A DNA stretch of 64,000 nucleotides from the human T2T-CHM13v2.0 reference genome, Homo sapiens: the NCBI RefSeq assembly GCF_009914755.1, contig NC_060945.1; one strand, written 5' to 3'. The notes below the pieces were generated by a model, which saw nothing but the letters and a program-made list of their open reading frames with translations, made no database searches and had not been told where the DNA came from. Shown piece by piece: positions 31,012 through 46,465 of the stretch. Position 1 is the stretch's first letter, and every line of letters starts with the position of its first letter. Both the position numbers and the translations under genes were made by a program.

Positions 31012-32851
31012 TAATAGCTTACTTTCTAACTTTCCTGACATCTACCATGCAAATTGTAGCCATACAGGCTGCTCTGTAAGCTGATTGGCCCCTGATGACT
31101 CAGTCTTTGTGCTCATAGTTAGGTTTTTCTTCTCCCCTTCACCTTAGTTTTCTCATACTCAGATTCCACAGAACAAGTGAGCACAGGAACCCTGTGACGA
31201 TAGAGTCCTGCTTGACGTTGAACTCCTTTTTCCCAGGGCAGACTGATACTTCCCCTCTTGGGCTGAGGTGTTGTGCAGTGTCCACGTTGAGGTTCAGGTC
31301 CTGTCCCTCACCAGAATAGTATCTTCTGTATAGACTTGGTCAGACTTTCTCCACATTCTGTGTCAGGTTATTGTCAAATAAGGGATTTCTCCATTTCCGT
31401 AGCCAATACTTACCAATCCTGATTGCGTATTGAAATTTCTTGGGGAGCTTACCCAAAAAATTACTGATGTCTGGGCTCCAGGCCAGTTAAATTCTCTAGG
31501 CATTGATGTAAAAGAAAAAAAAAACCTTATTAAATTTGTAATTCATGGTCAAAAACTGGCAGTTAGCCTGTTAACTGTTTGGCAAGTCAGTAGATACTTG
31601 GGCCCACATGAGTGTCCTTTATCCTGCAGCCCATCAGGATCTGGGCACTGAACTGCAGCTCTTAGTGCAGTCAGTACATCCAGTGAAGCAGAAGCATATC
31701 AGAACCCCTTGGCCACATGTTTACAAGGGTAGCCTCTGTTATAAAAGACCACAGAGAGTGTCTTTTAGAATTGAGTGAAACCAGAGATTAGTGCATTTTT
31801 TATTCCAAGTTTGATTTCAGTTGAGCCATTCAGAATCTGTCACAGTAGATTTAGCCTTGACTGATGAAGATCTGAGAACATACGTTTCATCCTCTTCCTG
31901 ACCTTATGGTTTCATCCTGCACCTTGGAATCATTTGGAGTTCCTTCCCCATCCCCAGGCTTTTTGAATGTGCTAGAAAATGTATCTAAAAGAATTACTTA
32001 TTCAGACAATGTATAATATTATAAATGTAACTTCTATTTTATTAGTTGTAATGGTTGTCACTGGTTAATAAGAGATAACATTTTCTTTTACTTATATATT
32101 GATTTTGTAATGTTTATGTAAATCTTTTATAGTAAGTAGTATGAACCTCGTTTTAAATGAGTCAGATTTCAAGTGAGAGGTGTTGCATGGTGATGTGTGC
32201 TCATGAACGCTGTGCTTTCCTTAGCAGTAATTCTCATTTTAAAACTATCATAATCCCCCAATTATGGCGTTTGTGGCATTGTGGAACTTTACTGGTAATT
32301 TGTGTTTGATTTTTTTTTAGTCTAAACCAATTTTTCTTTTATATACTTAGGTTTTTATGTATGAAAATCTAATTGAAAGTTAGAAAGTTATCTGAAGCCT
32401 TCTGCTGATAAACTTTTAAATATTTCATACATATTCTTAGGGTTCAGGTATCTCTCATTAAAAGAATAGTTCGATGAGTTGTTTTATAGTGTTATTTAGT
32501 AAGAAAGATAAAAAAACCTAAGCATTTGTCAAGAGTCATAATTTATTTCTGAAGGAGGAAAATAGTTAATTTAATTTTATTAAGAAAATTATCTATTTTG
32601 TGGATATTTAGAAATATTGTACAAATGCAAAAAGAAATTCAATTTAAAAGATTGATTTAAAGTTACTGTGTAATAAGTGGATATATATTGAATAGAAATA
32701 GATGGCATCTCTTCTACTTAGGAAGGTCAGAAAAATAATTATAAAAACATATAATTGAGAATTAGGTAAATGTTATAATTAAGGTGAATTATAAATTATT
32801 GTGAAATTTTTGCAATTAATGAAATAGAGAATTATTCATCTTCTCTTTTAG

Positions 32852-33049
<198 letters not shown>

Positions 33050-36000
33050 TGAGTTAATGGTTCTTTTCTATCAAAATATTTTGATTTTATTTTAAAGTGG
33101 CTGATTAAAAATTTGTTTATTTCTGTTGGACAGCAAGATTTATATAAGTGACTTGATCTGGTAGTAATAGTCTAAATCTTGGGGAATGTGCCTTCCATGT
33201 AGCATACCATGTAGAAACAAATGAGAATAGTGTGTGTGTGTTTTTTATTTGCAACTTACTGGTACCATTTGTTTGCTAATAATGATGCATGTTTATCCAT
33301 AGGGTCATCTTTCCAGTAACTTTAACCATTTCTAATCTAGCTCAGAAACTAGTTGTGAGCTAGTATGTTCTTAGTGGTTGTGGAACCATTTTTGGGGCAT
33401 CTGCAACAAGATCTCAGGCTCCTCCCCAGTCTCTTCATCAGCTTGGCAGCATTAGAAGCTATTAGATTTACAACTACAGAAAAGAGATAATAGCCACTGC
33501 TTATTGAATCTCTACCACATTCCTTATGCTTTTCTTCCATCATCTGTAATAATTTATAGCAGTCTTATAAGGAAGATGGTAGAATCCTTAAGTTATGGTT
33601 GGTTTGTATAAGAAGCCCCATACCCAGGGTCATAGGGCTCTGCAGCTAAGATTGGAAGCTGCCGTACTTCTGCCTACTCCAAAGTCTGTTTCATTCTCAC
33701 ATAGTCTTCCTTCTGAAAACAGAAATAGGAGACAGAAGAATTATGACAATACTGAAGTCTAGGGCCATTTGATACATGGGCAAAATATCTTCTAGTACAC
33801 CTTCTTTCGCAGTATTTTTTAATCAAATCTAATATGTCAGTGATTGTAAGACACCATCATTTTATGTACCGTCAAGGAAAAAACTGTTAAGTATTCATAT
33901 AAGATGCCATCAATCGAAGATACAGACCTTAAGATCAGCACAGAGCCATAGTCACTTGTGTTCAGAAACACTGACCTTATTTGATACACGTAAGGCTGAG
34001 TTTTATTTAACAGATCTTTTAAGAAAACGTTATGATTCTTTGGTCCACCCCAAAAAGGTAGAAACAAATAATGGATCTTTAAAAGGGGCAAGCTTCAGAT
34101 TGTTTAGATTTTGTTTGTGAAATACTTCTCATTCCTCATTATTAAAATATAAAATGAGTTTCTATTAATTTTTCTTAGTTTCTTTATAGATACTGATATA
34201 ATTCATAATAATACCATTCTTATCTTAAAACCTTGTCACACACAATGAAACTTTGCTGTTCACTGTCAGTTATAACTTACATGAGGTGACCCATTTCCAT
34301 TCAAGGGTTTTAGAAGCACATCAAGGACATTCTAAGGATGATTGACTTACACAATGATCTCTGAACATGCCTCCTGCCTTCTCCTCACTCTTGAGTATTT
34401 GCTTAGGGGAGCAGAAAAAATACTGGTAGCATTACTGTAACATTTTAATTCTGCTTTATTTAAAAAAGACATAGCTGGCATATAGTTAAGTACTGAAAAA
34501 TGTTAGCTACTCAGTTATGTATAATGCTAGTATTTTGTTTTGAATAAAGTTGACATTAATGATCATATTATTAATTGTATTAGTTATTACAGATACTCTT
34601 TGGATGAGTTTTTAAATTCTTATTTCAGAAGATGGTGAATGCATAACGTCTCAAGAAACTGAGATTCTGTTTGGAAAACAAAAGAACTTTAGATTAGACA
34701 AGTTCATATCAATTGAATTGATACCTTAAACTTAAGGTATCCGAAAGTCATATTGATTTTTATGATGTAAATTAGTTTTAAAGTGATTGATGAGTCTGAT
34801 TTATTCTGATGAGTTTTATTGTCTTGTCTTTGAACTTTAAAAAACATCTACTTCTTTACTGTGTAGCCAAATTTCTTATCTGGATTATTTGGTACCTGCC
34901 ATGGTCTAGTTAAAAGAAAATTTAGTTGAAGTCTTCAACAAAGTCTTGCCAGCCCTCCATTCTCCCCAAAATTTGGTTAAAAAGACTGAACAAATATGCT
35001 TGTTTGAGCTTTCTTTGACAATGTCTTTAGTGCTCAGCACACTGTAGATACTAAGTAAATGAATAAAGAATTGTGAGGTCAAGTGAAACTAAGTAGATCT
35101 TTCATTGGACGAACATTGTGATCACAGAGCTTCTTAAAGGAATTTTTATAATCACATTAGAATTCTGACAGCAGTTACTTTTTGCATTCATTTAGTGGCA
35201 CCTGCTTAACCAGGAGATTAAAAGCCATCCACAGACCATGATTGTGAGGTATCATGGAACTATGTTTTTAGTTTTAAACCTATAAACTGAAGTGACTAAG
35301 AGCAGATATTTTACATTCTTAGGTAACATTTAAGGATTCCTTTTGTTATTTTTAGTATCGAGTTGTGCTGTAGACTCCTATATAGCCATGTAGTTATTTT
35401 TATTGTGTTACTTATTCTAACTTTAGATCACCTATACCATGAAAGATCTAAAAGCAATATTGATGTTCACTGCTTTGAGGCAGGCAGCCCAGGACTATTC
35501 CCAGGAAAACACAATGTATCCACAGTTCTTAGTGATCAGACATTGATTACTATCAGTTTATTCCAGATAGATCTGTAGAGAAACCTCTCATTTTGTAATA
35601 CTATAAGATAAAATGAAAATCACCTTGACAGATGGGTGTTTTATGTCATTGCAGTTGTGTTACAGGTGCTCAGTTTGGTATATATAAGACTTAACAGGGA
35701 GGGACAGCACTTTATCGAATAACCTCATCTGATGTGACGTCAGTGTTAATAGTTAAAGCACAATCTTTGAGGCAATTTAGTGAGTATTCAGCCTTTTTAG
35801 AGGGTCAACAGTGATAGCGACCTATGTATTCTATGCTGTTTCCCCACTCACAAGCCTCCTTATCATCTCTTCTTGTAGCTGAGCTTTATTTTGAAGTTTT
35901 CCAAACCTTCAGTCTCACACAAGAGTTGTCACTTACCAATTTGATAAACACAGTTAAGTCCTCCAATACTTTTACCAAAGCATGATTTTCAGACATTTGT

Positions 36001-36531
36001 TGTATTTGCCTAAAGGGTAAAAAAAAAAAAGGCTATCAATGAAAATTGTGACAGAAAATTACCAGTGAAATCTAAAGTTCAGCAGTGCAGATACATTTCA
36101 AAGCCTACACAGAGGGCTGCCAACTACAGCATTGTCACAAACCAGAGATCCCAGTAGGTGGAGCTTAGACATAGGAAGTTGTGAGGTAGGGCTCTCGGGA
36201 AGTAAAAAGTGCTTTCTTTTATAAATGAAGATAAAATTGCTGAAATATTCTCACTGCTGTTTGTCCATTTGGTCCTTATGTTTTCAGATCTGACTTTTAG
36301 AGAAACAAGGCATTTTGGTAGCACTGCTTACCTTATATCACTTACCGACATATGCTGTACCTGTTTAATTCAGCAGAAGAGCAACTTAGATATTCTTAAC
36401 TGATTGAAAACTGCTGTTATTACAAAATGCTGATCTCCAAACTTTAACTGAACTCAGCATTTGATGTAATAATGTTATAGAACATTTGAGAGTGCATGTG
36501 TTTGTTACTCTCAGTTTATTGGTATATATAA

Positions 36532-36873
<342 letters not shown>

Positions 36874-36914
36874 TAAATAGAAATTAAATAGAAGTAGGTA
36901 GGACAGTGTAGGTA

Positions 36915-37005
36915 TTAGGTTGGCGCAAAAGTAATTGCGGTTTTTGCCATTGCAGTTGCTGTTTTTGCAGTGGCAAAAACCGCAATTACTTTTGCGCCAA
37001 CCTAA
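36915..37005. mobile_element. MADE1 mariner MITE with perfect TIRs
   Basis: 37-bp perfect inverted repeat including TA flanks (36913-36949 / 36971-37007). Confidence 0.96.
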
Positions 37006-39389
37006 TAGATATTTGAAATGTTAATAAGGTGTATACCATTTAGAGGCAATTACAGGATGCTTATTTATCTTTAAAATGTAGCACTTAATTACCTTGTGTT
37101 GATATCTATTTTGGGGAAATACCTTTTAAAATGCAAATAGCAATACTTTGAGTCAAAAGACATTGATTTTTTTGAAATGGGTATATTTAAAATTGTATGT
37201 ATGCTAAAAGATTAAGGGAGAGAATAGGAGATGGAATGATTAAATATTAGGGGATTTGTAACTATATTTCCCAAGTAAAGGTTTTAGTATAAATTTTGGG
37301 ACTTTCCAGTACTAGAACATTGAATCTTTGCTGTAAAATACTTCTCTGAAGATGGATCAAGATAAATCTTTTTTCTCAAAAACTGATGGTTCAAAAAAAT
37401 GCAGGTAATTTTGCATTAGTCATGGTATAAGTATAGAAAATTCAGTTGATAGACTTACTTGTTTTGATAAATAAGTTTGTCTTATTTTCCCCACTCTTAT
37501 TTAAAATTTACATAAATTCTGACACATATCCAAGCTGGTTTTTTTCAGACTGCTAAAAACAGATGTGTTCGTAGTGCTGATAAGTTTAGCTGATTTAGGA
37601 AAGCAGTTTTTTCCTGTCATTCTTCCAGCATTATGAAAACTACTCTAACAGCATTGTTTTATGTATAAAATAGAAGTGATAGGGGTCTCCTCTTGAAAGG
37701 AATTAGTGTCACCATTTGATAATATTTTACTCATTTTAAGCACTATTCTTTTTGCTTTAAGTATTGAAACTATATTTCTTCTGTTTTAAAGAAACCCGGC
37801 TAACATACAGATGTTAATTTTTCTTACTGACTTTTCTGTTTCTTATTTTTCCAAATTAGTGAAATTTTCTGTCCCGTCCTACTTTTGTCCAGGTTTTAAC
37901 TATAACAGATTAATTTAATCATAAGGATTTATAGCCAATTAATAGGACTGTCTTTTTGTTATTTTCTGCAACTTCTCATGGTAGTGAGGCTATCAAATGT
38001 TAAAGTAATTTTTAAAAATTGGAGTAGGGAGCAAAGTTTGCAGTTTTAGATGCCTTCAAAAAATCAAGAGATGCTCGTAGTTAATATGTGGTAGAGTATA
38101 TTGTGAATGAAAAATACATGCCCATCTTGACAGTAATTTGAATAGATTATAGAGTTGGGAAAATTTCCCCCTATTTAAGCCAAATTATGTATTTTGTCCT
38201 AATATTAAACATTATTATTTCTGTCTAGCCAAAATGAGCCAGTTATCCCTACAATAAGTTTTTAACTATTCAAGTTCATTGGCATCACATGGGAAGTTAT
38301 TTCTAAAATAGACCTGCAGTGGTCCTGCCCCTAGATCTGTTGGATTAGAATCAGAAGGTGGTAGGGCAAGTGTGTTTTGGGGAAAGCAACTGCTTTAAAC
38401 AAATTAGATAGGGAGGTGACAAAGTTCTTGGCATAAGCTGTGAAATAAAAGTCTCAGGAGTGGTGAGTGTTTGGGCCTAGGGAGTTAACAATGGTATTGG
38501 CTTATAAAAACCATGGAAATGTAATACTTCTTCCCAGTTCTTTTAAATTAGACTTTCTTCTCATAGTTCCTTAAGGTTGGTTGACCTACCTGTGGAGGCC
38601 TGAGATTGTTCTCGAAGACTTGGCTGGAGGTTTCAGTGGGAACCACAGAAAATTTCATGAGCTTTCTGGCTGCATGGTTTGGGTGTTAGGAAATTTAGTT
38701 AGGATTTTATTTCTTTTCCACTTTTAATAAGTGAAACAAATTGGTCTCTGAAGACATCCTAACATTACTTCATTGAAAATAGTCCATTTCAGGATTGTCT
38801 TTCTATAAGAAGTCTTGGATGGAGGTAGAGAGAGAAGATGAGAGAAGAAGCTATTGGTCAGAGACAGCTCTCAATTGAATCTTTATGTGGCAGTGTTTCT
38901 GGGATTTATCTGTGAGACAGCAAGAGTACAAATATCTGAATTTTAAATTATATTATATTGAAGTTACTTGACTTTTAACGCTGAGAAATACATTGTTTGG
39001 GTTAATTTAAATACTATTTAGTTGTAAAGTTAGTGGTAAACTAAGTGCCAGCCATAGTAGGAAGAAATAATTATTAGGGAAATACATTGCTTTCAATAGT
39101 GTTTTTTTTTTCCTAGTGAGGCATAATTGTTTTAAGAAATATCATGATGACTAGGTAGGATTAGACTAAATGAAAGGGCTTGAATCTTTACGTATTATGC
39201 ATTTCACAGTCAGATTAACCAATCCCTCAAAATGTTTAGTTCTTTAAGCCGTATTCGTAGTCTAATGTTGAAGTTAATCAATGGAACCCTAATTCAGGAA
39301 TTAGCCAATTCTTTTCTGTTAATATCAGATCAATGTTTTTAATCCAATGCTGACTGCAGTTTTAAGCAATTGAAGTAATACTATTTTGA

Positions 39390-39620
<231 letters not shown>

Positions 39621-40314
39621 TAAAAGTTGTTTTTAGGCAAAGATGTCTACTTAATCATTCAAATGTGAGGTCAGTTTGAATATACCTATTTTTCATATTT
39701 GTCAGTTGTCATGTAAGTTTAGAATTATGAGATAGGAGTAGGATATTTTAATCTACTCATGAAGGAGAACAGTTAGAAAGTGTTAAGTATTTTGGCATAC
39801 ATTTTACAGGTTTTAAATACAATACAGAAAGCTTAAAGATGATAAAGAATGAAGGCCATCCTGAAGAGTGATACAAACATCACTCTAAATTTTGAGATTA
39901 TGATTTGGAGTTGAAGAGTAATGATCAGTAGGACTGATGGATACTCAGTCTGAATAATGTAGAGTAAACGAGATTATAGACTTGTAGGGCTACAGAGACT
40001 GTGTGCAGTTCTGAAGTCTACAGGTTTTCAGTCTGTGTTCTGGAAGGTTTTTCAAGGTCAGAGGCAGTGAATGGGAGGGCAGGGACAGGCCTTAACTTCC
40101 CTGCAGTCAGAGAAATTAGACTTTCATTGTTTTAAAAACTACACCTGTGGGGTTTTGTTTGTTTTTTAAAAGAAAAATTGACAATTTGCACGTCTTGATC
40201 AGTCTATTTATAAATGAGAAGAGAAAGGCCAAAGGCATTAATGACTTGTACCGGATTACACAGCTGTTAATAGGTGGTGTCAGAAACTTGTTTCTTCCAT
40301 CCTTCCTTTTAATT

Positions 40315-40578
40315 CTTCTTTTTTTTTTTTTTTTTTTTTTTCCCGGAGATGGAGTCTTGCTCTGTCACTCAGGCTGGAGTATAGTGGGGCAATCTTGGCT
40401 CCCGAGTAGCTGGAATTACAGGCAAGCGCCACTATGCCTGGCTAATATTTGGATTTTTACTAGAGTTGATGTTTCACCATGTTGGCCAGGCTGCTCTCGA
40501 ACTCCTGACCTCAAGTGGTCTGCCCGTCTCAGCCTCCCAAAGTGCTGAGATTACAGGCGTGAGCCACTGTGCCCAGCC
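40315..40578 (-). mobile_element. AluS with an internal deletion
   Basis: Antisense Alu; jumps from atcttggctc to ccgagtagctgg. Confidence 0.88.
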
Positions 40579-41052
40579 CCTTTTAATTCATTTCAACTTG
40601 AACTGGTGAGCTACTCTTTTATAGTAACTGTCATAGTTTGTTTTTTTTTTTAGTATAAATCTTACTGTGTAAATTAGTATCTTTCTTGGGCTTAAACAAT
40701 ATTAAAAAAACTTTGCCATGTTACTCATTGTAAAGGCCGAGGTCCTTTGAGTAACCCACAGATTCCTACTTCCTCTGATGCCAGTTCTCTCACCACCACC
40801 TGGTCTCTCCTTCTCCCCTCACTCTGTGGTCCCTTGAAAACGCCAGCTACAGGCCCATAGCCCTTTGTATTTCTTCCTTCCTGTGCCTAAAATGCTCTTT
40901 TCTGAGATACTCCTTTGCTGATGTTAGTGTTTGCTCTGATGTCACATTCTCGGTGAAACCATATACCCCACTTACGGTTGCAGTACCCCTTCTCCTCATC
41001 CCATAGTTCTTAGCCAGCATCTGACATCATGTATTTAATTATTTATTGATAA

Positions 41053-41346
41053 TGCCGGGCGCAGTGGCTCACACCTGTAGTCGCAGCACTTTGGGAGGCT
41101 GAAGCAGGCAGATCACTTGAGGTCAGGAGTTCGAGACTGGCCCTGCCAATATGGTGAAACCCCGTCTCTACTAAAAATAGAAAAATTAGCCTAGTGTGGT
41201 GTTGCGTGCCTGTAATCCCAGTTACTTGGGAGGCTGAGGCAGGAGAATGGCTTGAACCCAGGAGGCAGAGCTTGCAGTGAGCCGAGATCACGCCACTGCC
41301 CTCTAGCTTGGGAGACAGAACAAGACTCCATTAAAAAAAAAAAAAA
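41053..41346 (+). mobile_element. AluS inserted in an L2 fragment
   Basis: Full dimer with poly-A; L2-like flanks. Confidence 0.92.
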
Positions 41347-41534
41347 TTGTGTGTTTGTGTGTATATGTATTTGCTGTCTTCCCACTATAACATAAACTTC
41401 TTTTTGGCAGGAATTTTTATGTTTTGTTTATTATTTTCTACCACTGAATATGGTTCTTAGCATATAATAGGCACACTCATTTAAAGTACTTAAAAAAGTA
41501 CTTTATTAGGTCCATACTTTATTAAGCCTCTGGG

Positions 41535-41538
<4 letters not shown>

Positions 41539-41586
<48 letters not shown>
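41539..41586. repeat. (TG)n microsatellite
   Basis: Read directly. Confidence 0.97.
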
Positions 41587-41587
<1 letters not shown>

Positions 41588-41609
41588 TTATTTAACATGC
41601 TCTGAAAAC

Positions 41610-42192
<583 letters not shown>

Positions 42193-42465
42193 ATTTTTTT
42201 AATAAAATTCTCCCAAAACAGAAACTTTAAAACTTCCTCTCATCTTTCCTTACTGTTCAACATTGTATCCATGGCTACCTGACATAATATGTTTGTTAAT
42301 TGACTGTCTTCCCTTCTGTGGGGTATTTGACTCAAGGAAGGTAGGGCCTTTCTTGTGTTTGTTCATTACTGTATGCTGGATGTCTAGAGGAGTGCCAGAC
42401 ACACAGGAGGTGTGCAATTTATTTATGAATGAATGACTTGATGAGCAGGAGTAGATGTACAGTAG

Positions 42466-42648
<183 letters not shown>

Positions 42649-43539
42649 TAAGGATATATCTGTTTTGAGCCTTTATTAAATTTCTTTATCATACCTGTCT
42701 TTTTATAGCTCATTTTGCATTTACTTGAAATCAGTGTGTTTCAGTTAACGATTTTATTGATACCTTACATAGATATTTTGTTCAGAAGTTGAGTATAGTT
42801 TGACCTGAACTATCAGGTATGGACCAGTGTTTGATTAATGGTCAGAGTTATCTTTAAAACTTCATATTAAAAACTGTATGCCTGCATTTTGAGGCAGCTG
42901 ATCACATCACCATACTTGGTTTCAACAGTAGAATTAATAAATTTGATCTTTGTTTCTCACAGCTTGGGCATGTAATGAGGTCACAGTTAATACTGCAGCT
43001 GTGAACAGAAGTCACAATTGGAGTAAATGATTTTTTTTTTTTAAGTTCAGTTGGTAAATTATGTCAGAAGATGATTTTTGGCTTAAGTAGTATGTGATTT
43101 TTTTCCAAGGATATTAACTGACTAGATGGTCCTTTGATAGACTTCAGATTCCTAGCTCATTGACTTGGATAGCAAAAATTTCACATCTCCAAAATCTTTT
43201 AAAGTGAGGTTTTTAAAACATTTGGTTTGTTTTAGTAATTTTCTTTTATCTGAGGACTTTTTAAAAGATACCTAAACTATGTCAGTTTAATAGAGTAAAT
43301 GATGCCAATTTTGCATCTTGATTTTTTACTTTTGTTTTATAGATCTGTAAATAATCATGTTTTGTAATTTACTTTGGTCCTAGTATTGAATGAATGTAAT
43401 GTATAAATATGTGATTGAATATGACCCCCACACACACATGTACATACAGAAGTCACCTTGAGATCATAGTTTTGCATTTTATAACATTTAAGAGTTTATT
43501 TTTGTTTCAGTTATTATTTTGCCTTGTATTTTAGCGACG

Positions 43540-43558
43540 CTGCCACCAGGTGTCATTT
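43540..43558 (+). promoter_or_regulatory. Candidate CTCF motif
   Basis: GCCACCAGGTGTCA resembles the CCACCAGGTGGC core. Confidence 0.35.
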
Positions 43559-46181
43559 TCAGTGAACTGAAGATGATGGTTGATCGCCTTAATTCACCTC
43601 CACACAGCTATGGAGTCATAACTTTTAATATCAGATGATTTTCTTTAGAATATTTAAAAGCACATACGTAGTTGTATCTTTCAAAACTGATTTGTAAGTT
43701 CTTGTGTTCTGCCATATTCACTAAAGCTATAGGCAGTGCAGTTTCCAGCTGCTAAATTATGCCTATTCCCCATAAGGAAAGGATGGAAAATGCCATCGAG
43801 ACCTCCTGGGCTCTTGTTTTTTCTTTACCCACATAGCTCATTAATCGTGGCCCATTTTCCATGTAACCAAAAACTTAGTCTGGGAATCCTTACTAGCTTC
43901 ACCAGCATTTAAAGGCGTTCCTACCAGTTTGAATTAGCATGGAGAGGAAATTAAATCTTTTTTATGTTGTCTCTCTCTGTGATACAGGCTGCTGCTTTCT
44001 CCATTTCAGATTGATTTATTTATATTTTGCTTCTGCTATTTTTTTTCCTCAATAAAACATCCCATTCCATCTCCTAAATCTCTGCCTTACAAAAACCACA
44101 GTGACCTATCATTTCTTTCAAATTGATCTATAGGTATTACTATTTTTAGTTATTTGGGGTGGGGGCATTTCAGAAATGAGTAGATTGTCTTTTCCCTTTT
44201 AAAATTGGAAGTGGATATCTTAACATACATTTAATACATGTGAATTAACTAGATTTTTATGAGATTTATTTTAGTCGCACTTAGCAATTGACTTAAGCAA
44301 CTTAATTTTTAAAAATATGAAATAATTATTTTGCTTTTAAGAGATAAATTTTGTAACAAAAAGTCAAATTCATAATCAAATAATTACATTACAAATGGTA
44401 CACTAAGAATTTTGACTAGAGATACAAATAGATGTGCATATACTTTCATTGGCTATCTCTTTGTGGTTTGTTTACTGATTTTATTTTTACTTTTAATTTT
44501 TCATTTTACATTTCAAAAGCCCCATATTAGGGTTTTCCAATAATGAAATAAATACTATATATTTTTTTCCTGGTGGAGGTGCAGAATGAAGAAGACAATA
44601 AATGATGCTTTTTTTGAAGTACAGTTTATATAAGATACATATTTTAAGTGTTGAGTTTGTTTTCACCTTTGTGTACAGCAGTGTCCCCCATCTAAACCAA
44701 TATGAAAGATTTCTATCATTCCAAATCCTCTTGTGACCTTTTCTGTTATCCCACTACTTTCTGATTTCTATCATCAAAGACTAGCTTTGCTTTTTCATTG
44801 GCAAACTTAGTATAATTGGAGCCTTATAGTATTTATTGTTTAGTTTTGGGTTTTCTTCACTCAGCAAATGTATTGTTTTTGGAAAATCATCAATATTGTA
44901 TGTCTCAGGAATTAATTTTTTTTTATTGCTTCAACATATTTCATTGAATGAACATGCCATAATTTATATTCACCTGTCAGTGGTCATTTGGTTTGTTCCC
45001 AGTTTGGGACTATTATGAATAAGGCTGCAGGGAACAGTCTTTTATACATATGTTTTCATCTCTCTGACAGCACAGTCTAAGAGTAGAATTGCCAGGTCAT
45101 GGGGTATGTGTTTACCTTCACAAGAAAACACCAGTTCTCCAAAGTTGTTTTATTTTATATTCCCATGATGTATGAGGGTTCCAGTTGCGTGACATCCTCA
45201 CCATTTTGTATGGTTTGTCTGTTGGGTTTTAGCCATTCTGTAGTGGATATGTAGTGGTTTGCATTTGCATTTCTTCATGGCTAATACCACCTTTTCATAT
45301 GCTTATTAGCCTTTCATACATATTCTTTGTCACAGGTCTTTCCCATCTTTTGCTTGTGTTACTGGGTTGTTTAATAATTGAGTAGTCCTTTGTCATTAAG
45401 TTTTTTGTCACATGTATGTCAGTGTATTTCCCTAGACTGTGGCTTTGCCTTTTCCTTTCTTAATATGGTATCTTTTGATGAATAGGGAGTTTTAATATTG
45501 ATGAAGTTGTATTTGTCAACTTTTTTTGTTTGGTACTTTTTTTATCCTGAAAAATCTTTGCCATCTCCAAGTTTGTGAAGATATTCTGTGTTTTCTTCTA
45601 AAAGTTTTTTATTTTTATTTTTTAGTCTGCTTTTACAGTTAGGATTCTGTGGTCCATCTTGAATTAATTTTTGAGCGTGGAACAGGGTGAAGGGGTTGAA
45701 GTTCATTTTCTTCCATATGCTTACCTAGTAGTTACAGCAGCATTTGCTGAAAGCAATTACTTTACCCTGTTGATATGTTTTCTATTCTAGGTCCTTTCTT
45801 TTCACATATGGATTTTTAGAATCAGCTTGTAAATTTCTACCAAAAAAATGGTGCTAGCATTTTGATTTGGGTTGCAGTTGGGATTGCATTCAGGAAAATG
45901 GACATCTTAACAATATTAAGTCTTCCACTCTGTAAAGATGGGTTATCTCTCCATTTATTTAGGGCTTAAAATCTCTCAGCAGTGTTTTATAGTTTTTAAT
46001 GCAGAAGTCTTACATATTTTGTTCACTTTATTCCTTAGTTTTTAATTTTTTAGATGCTATTTTAAATGGCATTTAAAATGTATAATTTCATAATTTTTCA
46101 TTTTTGGTATACAGAAATACAACTGATTTTTGTATATTGATTTTGTATCCTAAGACCTTGCTAAATTCACCTATTCTAGTA

Positions 46182-46465
46182 CAGTTGACCCTTGAACAAT
46201 ACAGGTTTGAACTGCACAGGTCCACTTGTATGCACATTTTTTTCTGACAAATAGAGTCAGCCCTCTGTATCTGAAGGTTCCACATCTGCAGTCAAATGTG
46301 GATCAAAAATACAGTATTCCCTGGATGTGAAACCTGTGTATGAGGGCCAACTTTTCACATATGTGGGTTCCGCATGGCCTCCTTGTGGAGCTTGAGTATG
46401 TGTGGATTTCAGCATATTTGGGGGGGTCCTGGAACCAACCCCCTGCGTATACTGAGGGATGACTG
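46182..46465. mobile_element. Tigger-family MITE (MER8/MER2-like)
   Basis: TA|cagttgacccttgaacaa ... gagggatgactg|TA. Confidence 0.85.
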
